A stretch of DNA of 64,000 bases, from contig CM119271.1 in the NCBI GenBank assembly GCA_051294375.1, forward strand, positions 242,721-306,720, read 5' to 3'. A model generated the notes under the pieces. It did not search any database. It had not been told where the DNA came from and worked only from the letters and a program-made list of their open reading frames with translations. The stretch comes from Paraspadella gotoi (lineage: Eukaryota > Animalia > Chaetognatha). This document shows, in pieces, positions 49,905 to 64,000 of this stretch (position 1 is its first letter; each line of letters starts with the position of its first letter). A program made the translations under genes and the position numbers.

Positions 49905-50931
49905 CGCATCGCTGGGGGTGGAGGAGGAAGAGGAAAGAAAGGTAAAGAGCGAGAAAGTAATGAAAAGAAAGGAAAAAAGAAAAGAGAGAAAGAGAGAAAG
50001 AAAGTAAGAGAGAAAGAAGGAAAGAAAGAAGAAGAGGAAAAAGAAAGCGAAGAAGATGAACAGCGACACGGCGAGTTCGTTTTTCGATCGCCGGACGGGG
50101 AGGGAGGAAGAGGGGGGTTGAGAGAGAAGGAAGAGGTGTCCTGATGGGATGAGGCTTAAGTTGGATTCATAGGCAAGAATTTGGAGGTTTGATAGAAAAG
50201 TCGGTCGTGGGGGGTTCGAGCAAAAACACGCCCTCCCGTGCCACGATTTTGTTACACTTCCTTAAAATAAAGTACGTCTGAGTTTTGGAATTACGTATTT
50301 TTAGTGCGTCCGTGGTTTTTGTTATTTTTGTTGGTTTTTTTTGTGTTATTTTTGTGTTTTTTTTTTTGGGTGAATTTTTTCTGTTTCGTGCAAAGATTGT
50401 TTTCCTCCTTAAGGTTTTTTTTTGTGGTTTTGTATTTCTGTTCGGGTTGCTCTTCCAAAAAAAGATTATCGAGGTGTCTGTCTTCGTAAATGAATTTCTT
50501 TTTTTCGTTAGTTACATTTTAATTTTTGAAACAAAAAAAATGAAGAGATTTTCTCTTCACTTTGGGGTCCCAGGTCGAAAGGGGATAAAAGTAAGTTGTT
50601 CCGCCGCGAGTTTTTATAATTTTTAATCCTGGAAAATCAACAAGAGAAATATTGGTGCTTAATATAATTAGCGAAGAGAGAGAGCGTGAAAGAAAAATCC
50701 GTCTCTCTCTCCTTAAATAAATCACCAAAAATCCGGAAGAAAAAATTCGCTCTGCCTCGAACCGAGAGAGAGAGAGAGAGAGCGAGAGAGAGATAGATTA
50801 AAAATTAACACGCTTGAACAATTTCTCAATCAGAAAAAAAGTACAGAAAAAATCACAGTCGTTTTTTTTTTGTCCCTACCCGAAGCACATGACTAGAAAA
50901 AACCCCCTTCCCGACCATCTACCCCCCCCCC

Positions 50932-55696
<4,765 letters not shown>

Positions 55697-56353
55697 TTCA
55701 ATTTGGAGAATTTTATTTTTTTTATTGGTTTGCTTTTTTTTCTAATTTTTTTTTCTTTTTTGAAAAAATAACGTTTTTAAACGCAATTTTTTTTGCTTTC
55801 GAATCTAAAAAAAAAGGTAAATTTAAAGCGAATACTGAAGATTGCGGAATGTAAAGCAAAATGGTTTCCTAGAGACGACAAAGAAATGGCAAATGGCTTT
55901 TGTGGCAATTTCACCGTTGCCATACCCTTCTCTTAATAATCGTCGGTGGGGGCTTCGTTATAATAATTATAGCTGGAAGAGGAGACGCCCGCCAAAAGAT
56001 TTATCAACAGCGTTGGCGTCGAAAGAATACATAATAAATATGAACAGTGAATTAGGTAGTAATTTTATCAATTTTTTTTAAAAACTATCATAATAAATTA
56101 CCGACAAATTAATAAATTAGTTTTCCTTTATATATTTCCAAAAATTTTAAAATAAAACACCCAACTTAATTTTTTAAAATCAATTTTGAACTAGAACGGC
56201 TCTAAAAGCACACGAAATCCATTTTTAAATCGATAGGCTAGTTAAAAATAAAACGTAAAGAAGGACAAAGTTAAAAAAAAGGATCACTCAGACGCAACCG
56301 CGGTAGCGAATCACATTTCTAACAAGATAATTTTATCAGCCTCGATCTCGTCC

Positions 56354-59235
56354 TCACTCCGACTTCTTCTGCACCATCTTCTTCAGCGCCCTCTTCCTCG
56401 TCGACGCGAGAGTGGAGCGAGAAATGGCATCGATGACGAAACGCGGGAGCAAGTCGGAAGACAGACCCATGTACAGCCAATGAGGCAGGTATCCGTAAGT
56501 AGTTGATCCTTTGCCTGTGAAAAAAGTAAATATAAAAAAAAAAACGAAATCGCCCATCACAACAAAACAGATAGAAGACCTAGAGAGAGAGAGTAAACCG
56601 AAAAATTTTTTGTGAATTTAATTCGTTCGATAACATCTGCGTTGGCGACGGAGCAAAAAAAAAGGCGTGGGAAGGATTTAGTTTTACAAATTTTCACAAG
56701 AAACGAGCAACGATTTTTTGGTCGATCCTCGTTTGATTTTAATCATTAACCTCAATTAAACCTTGTTAAAATACAAAGTCTACTATTCCAAACATATCTA
56801 CTTAAAAACAAACCTTTTGATATGAATTCGTCGGAAATTAGGGATAATTTAAGCTTGGTTAAATCGGGGGGGAAGAAAAAATGACGAAAGCGCTTAAAAA
56901 TCTTCGTGGGAAAATAAATAATAAATTAGTAAATACTATGTTGTGAACTAAAATGAGGTTGAGAAATTCAAAATATAGGAAGAAACTCTCAAAGAAAAAG
57001 CGTAAGTAGAGCTGAAGGAAGAGGAAAGGGGTAGGGCTTGTTACGGTTGAACCCAAAAATCCCTTTTTTTAATTTTAAGAGAAAACTAAAATTCGGGGAA
57101 ATATCAATAAAAAATCTTAGACCCTCAACAACATCCGGTAGATACTGTTTAAAAAAAACACTTTTTTTTATTAAAATTTAAAAAAAGATCCAGAAAATGA
57201 GGGAAATGAAATGAAGAAAGGCGAGAACAGACCGACGAGAGCCAAGGCCGACTCGACGAAACGTTGCGGCGACGGAGCGAGCCAAGAGGCTCGACGAATC
57301 CCCGCCAACTTCGTCGCCACGAATCCAGGCTTCACGCATTGGACCGTCACACCTCGAGGGCCGTACTCGGCGGAGAGAGCCTGGATTAAATGGGGCGGAG
57401 ATTGTACGGGAGGCAAATGAGAAAGCAAGCTAGCGAGCGAGCAAGCAAGCAAGCGATACACCCTTCTTTCTCCAGCCGACCTCGGAAAAGTATTCGACGA
57501 AGACTTTGGCGGCGGAATAAACGGCGAGCAGCGGAGTCGGGCGATCGGCGGCGGCAGAAGACAAATTGATCACGAGTCCGCGTTTTCGTTCTGGAAAAGA
57601 AAAACAAAAGGCGTTTAAAGTCGAAGACAGTCTTCACAAAAACCCAGAAAAAATAGTTAATTTCTTTGTCTTTTTCCAGAAGACGACACAAAACTACCTT
57701 ACCCTTAAAATATTTACAAACATATTTAAGGAAACTATATTTTAAATTTTATTGTTAAAAGCATGAAATAAATTATGTATTAAATATAAAATGAAAAAGT
57801 TCATCCTTTCTTAAAATTATAAACTATAATTTTTTCATTAAAAAAATCATTAAAATTAAACCTAAGGTAAAACTCATAATCTTGTAACTTTCATACAGTT
57901 GTGGATATTCGACTATTCGTGTTCAATTACGAAATGGTAGAACCGAAAAAGTACAATTAGCAAGACATTGCGCAATACGCAATGTACTTATTGCGTAATC
58001 CATCGATAATCTGTCGACAGAAAACATCAATGAGAGACAGGACAGGCACACAGGACGCACACAATCACTTTTTCTTCCCAGCCGCCTTAACTTTCACTCT
58101 CACCGGCCATCTCCTTCATGATCATGTGAGTCATGACGACGCAGGAGGTGACGTTCAAGTTGATCAAATCCAAAACTTTCTTTCGCCCGTTGGGGATTTC
58201 TAAGAAATACTCGGGATAGTTGTAGCTCATGCCGACGTTGTTGACGAGGGTTCCGATCTCCACTCCGGCTGGAAAGAAATTGTTTTGGTGTAGGATAATC
58301 ATTTTGATTTTTGATTTTTTTAAATTTAAACAATTCTATCCCGTATAATTATGATGATAAATGTAGATTCAGCATGGTATAAATAATTCATTGGACAAAA
58401 TTTTGTTGTGCAAAATAAAATATATTTCAGATAGTATAAATAGATTTAATGATGGTAGGTAGATGGTAGCTATATTAAACATATAAAATATGCTTTAAAA
58501 TAGAATAAAAACCAATTCACGACTACTATATGCATTTATTAATATGTAGTAAGAAAGCATGTTTTATACAGTAATCGATCCAATCATCTCACCGATTTCC
58601 TCCTTGATCCTTTCGTAGAGGGCGGGGCCTTCCTCCGTGAAATCGGCCACCACGTACTTGACGCGAACACCGAATTCGCTCTCAATCTCTTCCGCAGTTT
58701 TCTGCCACATTAAAGGGAAGTTATCGTTATCGTTATTGTCCTGAAGACACAATCAAAGACTAAATTAAATATCGTAGTAGTTTAAAGGAGTGACTTACAC
58801 ACCCTGACCTTTTTAAGAAATTCTGAGGACTCCTCACCCGCCCTCCATCAACCGTCACCTCACCTTGAGCTTTTCCTCGTTGCGACTGACGATGAGGACG
58901 TGAAGCCCCTTGGCGGCCAGAGCGTCGGCGTAGGCTCGCCCAATCCCGTCCGTGGCGCCCGTCACAAGCGCCCAAGGACCGTAGGTCTTCGGATCCGCGT
59001 TAAGACCCACGGCTCTGGAAGAAAGAAGGATGTTGAGATCGTGAAGACAGAGAGAATGTGAGAGAGCGAGTCAGTGAGAGAGAGTGAATGTGAGCGAGAG
59101 ATGACCGACTTACCTGGAAGCGACGTAGTTCCAAAAGTTTCGCATCACGTACCAAGCGGCGCGCAAAAGCACGTAAGAGGCGGCGACGGCGCCGACGACT
59201 GCGAAAAAGTCGCGGTGCTCGTTGAACACGCACAT
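56354..59235 (-). CDS. HSD17B12: Very-long-chain 3-oxoacyl-CoA reductase / 17-beta-HSD12-like SDR
   Basis: Exons 59235-59114, 59014-58864, 58701-58593, 58268-58104, 57590-57481, 57380-57233 and 56514-56354. Motifs: [30 protein letters not shown], catalytic [19 protein letters not shown]. Confidence 0.9.
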
Positions 59236-59509
59236 ATTGAGCACGCGTTGCAGTTTAGTGACTGCGTAAAAATGTGCGACCGTAAAATAGATTTTTTAAA
59301 AAAAATGAGTACGACTAGTTTAACACATCGGCGATGGGAAAAGAACACAGAATAATAACTGGCCGGCCAGTGGAGGGTAGAGGGAAAAAGCACAAAAGGG
59401 CGAGGAGAGAAAGAATCGCGGGTCTTCAAAGTTTGTCAGATTTAAGTTTGTCTCTCAACGCTTTTCGCCATTCTTCCTCGGAGAGACGCGCCGCCCAATC
59501 CGGAACTGA

Positions 59510-59732
59510 AACAAATTTATACAAATAAATTCATTTTAAACTTTTCAACGCCATTCCATCTTTAAACAAATTCATACAAATAAATTAATTTTAAACTTTT
59601 CAACGCTCTTCCATCATTAAATAAATTGATACAAATAAATTCATTTTAAACTTTTCAACGCCCTTCCATCTTTAAATAAATTGATATAAATAAATTCCTT
59701 TTAAACTTTTCAACGCCCTTCCATCTTTAAAC
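59510..59732. repeat. ~55-bp tandem repeat, 4 copies, overlapping the MEA1-like stop codon
   Basis: Unit ~AAATAAATTCATTTTAAACTTTTCAACGCCCTTCCATCTTTAAATAAATTGATAC. Confidence 0.9.
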
Positions 59733-60808
59733 AATACCGCCTCCCACGTTTTTTCCCACCCACCGGCGTTGGGAGGTAAAACGATCTTGGACATTGCTCT
59801 CTTGACGTCTTCCATCTGCTTGGGATCCGATTCCCTCCTCGATGTTGAGTCTTCGCCTAAATTTAGGTTAAAAAATTCGTTATAACGTTTTAGTATCTCG
59901 AGAAATTAAATCTCGTCCCTCTATCGTTTTACCCGCCCACAATTCTCCGAGTCCCTCGTTCAAGCTGGCAACGCGCGGCGGCGAAGCGTCGCGCAAATGT
60001 CGCGGCAGAAACGCGACGCGATCGCCGAGAAAATGCGGCGCTGCGAAATCCAGCGGAGGCGGCGCGTCGTCAGTCGAGGCGGCGCTGGGATTGCTTTCCT
60101 GGCCGCCGGATCGAGGAGCGGCGCCGTCGTCGGACGTTTCGGGGGAATCGAACGTCGCCCAACCGACGCCGACTGCATCATCGCCGGTGTCGTGGTCGCC
60201 GTCGGGCTTGAAAATCATTAATACGTAATGATAATCAATTTAAATTTATTTGAAAGTAAACCAAAAAAATATATATAAACCAATGTTTTATTAAAGAAGT
60301 TAGAAATGAGAAATGTTGATAGTTCCAACCATTACCACTGACCTTGCCCCTGACTTTGGAAAGAGGCAATGGAGGGTGAAGACCTCTTACAAGGTAACAA
60401 AAGAGCAGGACTCTGCAACCTCTCAATTGAGACTTACGGTCCCATTTTTTCACTCCTGGCTTCCCTATCAAAGAAGTGATATCTGTCAAAGAATTGTATA
60501 AACGGACAACTTCCTATGTAATTAAATTTTTCTGTAAACCACTTAACGTAGGGCTCTCGGCCGCATTCGAATCCCCCCCCCTTTCTCCCCCCCCCAAAAA
60601 AAAAATCAACCTGGTCTCTTCTCTCTTCAGGTCCTTCTGGCAACAAGCTGTATCCCCCGAGATTGGCGTCGGCATTAACGTCGTCATCGTCGTCTTCATC
60701 GTCGTCTTCGTCGCCTTGAAAATCGTCCAGGACAGCGGCCGGTCGATGGGGTAAGGTCTCATCATTCTCTTTGGGTCGGTCGTCTTCGGAAATCGTTTGC
60801 GGACCCAT
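59672..60808 (-). CDS. Male-enhanced antigen 1-like acidic protein
   Basis: Exons 60808-60611, 60206-59933 and 59856-59672 join in frame. Acidic N-terminus with GYSLLP and C-terminal DPKQMEDVKRAMSKIVLP..W resemble MEA1 (GYSYQPL; DPEHVELVKRTMAGVSLP..W). Confidence 0.6.
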
Positions 60809-62019
60809 CGCGTTATAATTTTTTTTGTTTATAACTACTGGACAAAGAGTTTATTATAATTAATGAATAATAAAACGAAACTATTTCTCAAAACGTTAAA
60901 CAATATAGTAAACAATTTTGGTTCTTCGTCGTTAAGAAGTGGTGGGAAAAAAACTTTCTATCCTCTCGATTGAGATCAAAACTGAACTCTTTCGCCGAGA
61001 TTATTATTTGTTTGTTTTTCTTTTTAGTTATTGCTGGCTGAGCGTGTGACGCGGTGTGGTCGCTTCAAGGTGATAGATAAAGTTAAAATAAACGCAAAAT
61101 AAGCGGAGCGTTCACAGAAAAAAATTTCGCAACTAAACCTATGAATTATCGATCGTTGCAACATCAAAAACATAACTAAACTAGAAGACAACTAAAAAGC
61201 TGCTGAATATTAAATAAATTAGAAAATGAAAAATCGGAACGCACTGACAGTCGTTCGTTGCTAACGAGCGTCCTCCTGCGGGAGTTAAATAATAACAATA
61301 ACAAACCAAAGCGAGGACGGGAAACGGTTTGATCGGGTGACGGCAAAAGAGAGAAAAGCAGATCTTAGAAAACCATGCGATACCCTGTAGTCTCTAAGGG
61401 GCTTTTTTTTACAACAAAAACCCACTGGCCAGGCTGTATGGATGATGTTGATAACATTAACTCATAGCGCGAGATTACATCCAGGGAAAAATTAATGTGG
61501 CTTGGTAATTACGTCTCTTTTAAAAAATAAAACCACTCTCTCAAAGGTTTTTTTACGCTACGTTCGTGCAACAATAGCACTATATCATAAGCTCCCCGTA
61601 AAACTTGAATTATTATTAAGGGTGATATACGTGCTTTTTGGGGACTTATTTCGAAGCGTAAAAAAACATGCATTAAAAATAAAAGAAAAAAAAACATGGT
61701 AGAGCTTCGACCAAGTTAATGAGATCTTTTTCTCGAATATGCGACAAACCCATACGATACAGAAGGCAAAAACAAGAAGCAACACAATCTCAACTGCAAT
61801 AATTAATACGCAATTTACGCATTCGTAAAAAGAGATTTCGAGCTCCGTTTTTCGTCTTCAAAATTAAGAAAGACTCGTGTACGCTATCATTGATTGAAAT
61901 GTTAAGTTCGAGGGAAAAACAATTTGAGAGATTCCCATTTCGTTTGAGAGAGAGATAGAGAGAAAGACCCTACGAACAGAGCCGTCGAGGGGTCATCCCT
62001 CTACTCGTCCCCTCCTTTT

Positions 62020-62307
62020 TCAAGCGTTGTAAGTAGTGGCGACGGCCTCTGGCCGACTGTCGGGCACGGCGTAGGTCCAGCCGGGCCTCTCCACTCGCCC
62101 GTACTGGATGTCCATGAGCCGCTGATAGAGAGTTTTCCAAAGGGGCGTCTTCGGCTTCATGCTGGGGATGAGGAGTCGGTCGCCACAGTAGAGGATCGAC
62201 TCGATGGGGGCGACGACGCAGGCCGTGCCGCAACCGAACATCTCGAGGAGGCGGTTTTGCCTCAGGGCGGAGGTGACGTCCTTCATAGTGAAGGTGCGCG
62301 AGCTTAC
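62020..62307 (-). CDS. BCAT: Branched-chain amino acid aminotransferase, terminal exon (upstream exons beyond window)
   Basis: RLLEMFGCGTACVVAPI and LMDIQYG..W are BCAT C-terminal motifs; acceptor TTACAG ends at 62308. Confidence 0.9.
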   Translation of the reverse strand, partial: VSSRTFTMKDVTSALRQNRLLEMFGCGTACVVAPIESILYCGDRLLIPSMKPKTPLWKTLYQRLMDIQYGRVERPGWTYAVPDSRPEAVATTYNA

Positions 62308-62426
62308 CTGTAATGAGGTGTTTTTATTCATATCAAATACAGATGCATACAAACATTAACAGCAAAAAGATAAACGGTTACTAAGTAAAAATAACCCCCA
62401 CCTAAAAAAAATGATTTAAAAAAATA

Positions 62427-63215
62427 AAAATCTTAAAAACATAAGGATCGTCGCAATTGTATAAAAAAATATGGACCAATGACAAACTTTGACACTCAAA
62501 AAATCAAATTCGGAGGCGTGGGTTCGAATCCCACCGCTGCCACCACAACGAAGGAAGTAGGCGTGGTTTATTAAGTGAGAAATAGGAGGAGTTTTATTGA
62601 CATAAGAACACGTTGGAATGATGATAATTAACATACAAAATATGTAGATTATGCAGAGAAAAGGCAGGCAATAAACAATATAACAAATAGTCCATAAGGA
62701 GTTTGATGTTTGATGAGAGAGAGAGAGAGAGAAAGAGGCCAAATCGTTTTCGGACGAATCAGCAGCGGCAGCAGCAGAGGCAGCCAGAAAAAAAGAAAGA
62801 AATCAAAAGGCAGCAGCAGCAGAAGCAACAGGAGAAAAGAGAGAAAAAGAAAGAAAGCCCCTGCAGAGCCCAAATCGTTTTCGAATCAGCAGAAGCAGCT
62901 GCAAACTAGTTTTTTTTCCGATGAATCAGCAACTGGGGAAAAGAGAGAGAGAGCTACATATAATTAAAAAGAGAAAAGAGAGAGAAGGAAACATAAAAAT
63001 AAAAATGGAGGAAATTTGTTTGTTTTGATAAAACAAACAAAACATATTTAATAACTGTCCTCACCCGATTTCAAGGACCTCGATGATGAGAAGCTGTATA
63101 TAAATTTTCAGCTTCATACACACAAATTTAATCATCAAAAAGGCGATCTATAAATTGGAACGCCGACAACGACGACAACAACGACGCCACTTATGTGCAA
63201 AACCACAGCAAAATA
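62427..63215. mobile_element. Dispersed repeat family B copy 3, carrying a foreign insert at 62509-62713
   Basis: Same conserved blocks as copies 1 and 2. Confidence 0.65.
62509..62545 (+). pseudogene. 3' fragment of mature tRNA-Leu including CCA
   Basis: TTCGGAGGCGTGGGTTCGAATCCCACCGCTGCCA+CCA matches the 3' end of animal tRNA-Leu(AAG/TAG) as I recall it; the 5' half is absent. Confidence 0.85.
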
Positions 63216-63392
63216 AATAAAATAAATATTTCTACATATATATAAAAGTAAATACTAAAAGTACGGTAATGCTAGCGTTTTGATGAATTATTCAGTTCTC
63301 ATTCGTCTAACATAACGTATTAAATAACAAAATAGTCATAAAATAATGGAAGGATCACCATTTGGTGATGGCTCGCCTGTATCTGGATATTA

Positions 63393-64000
63393 CTATCTAG
63401 GAAAAAAGTTAGAAATATTTTTTTTTAAAAGTTCATTTATTCAATAAAAAATATACAAAACATGGGTAAAACATTCTCAATATTTGGTATGCCCTCCCTC
63501 GGCATCGACCACTGCCTGCATTCGTCTGGGCATGCTCTCGTAAAGCGAATTGAGGTACGAAGGTGAAATGTTTTTCCACACCTTTAGCGCAATTCTTTTC
63601 AGCCCCGATGTTGATGTTGCGCGTTCTCGACTTTGCATCTTTTTCATCTGCGACCAAAGCGATTCAATTGGATTGAGATCGGGGGAGTTCCCCGGCCAAC
63701 CAGAGAATAAGTTGATATGATGATTGGCATGCCACTGCTTCGTCGTAGCGGCTCTATGCGCAGGAGCTCCGTCTTCCATAAAGCGATAGGATCCACGATT
63801 TCCGCGCTTCAGAAAAGATTTTATGTTTGCCTTCTTTAATATGTCCTGATAACGTACTGCATTGATGGTGCCATTGACAAAAACCAGCTTGCTTTTTTTC
63901 GTCCTTGTGATGGCACCAAAGACCATGATTTTGACCGGGTGCTTCGTTGTAGTTGCGACACACTCCGGAAGAAAAGCTTCACCAGAGCGACGCCGAATAA
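63393..64000 (-). mobile_element. Tc1/mariner-superfamily transposon, 3' part; transposase frame open from the window edge to the stop at 63477
   Basis: KHPVKIMVFGAI, FMEDGAPAH, WPGNSPDLNPIESLW, LYESMPRRMQAV..GGHTKY; TA|CTATCTAGGAAAAAAG terminus. Confidence 0.93.

Noticed and set aside
62509-62545. Functional tRNA-Leu gene
   Set aside because: The 5' half (D arm, anticodon) is missing and CCA is encoded, indicating a reverse-transcribed fragment.

Overview
Eukaryotic (invertebrate-animal-like) genomic DNA with GC/CpG-rich exons, AT-rich introns, abundant (GA)n microsatellites and two 10-N gaps. It looks like an error-prone long-read assembly: three exons are each one base short at homopolymer runs. 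I reconstructed nine intron-containing genes by hand, all on the minus strand and separated by short spacers. In transcription order: BCAT (last exon only), MEA1-like, HSD17B12-like, RNF14, a SynGAP/DAB2IP/RASAL2-family RasGAP, TMEM107, ELMOD3, a three-RRM lark/RBM4-like gene, and MPHOSPH9-like (runs off the window). Mobile DNA: a full-length CsRn1-like Ty3/Gypsy element (22464-29111, CTTG target duplication) nested in the minisatellite of a Helentron-associated (HINE/DINE-1-like) element inside a TMEM107 intron; five further copies of that HINE family; a second dispersed repeat family; a DD35E Tc1-type transposon with an internally deleted derivative; and a tRNA-derived SINE-like element. Most unusual signals: a tRNA-like Pol III cassette in both LTRs, a captured CCA-tailed tRNA-Leu 3' fragment fused to LTR-like sequence, and the operon-like co-orientation of all genes. 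Gene identities rest on motif recognition from memory, not on database searches.
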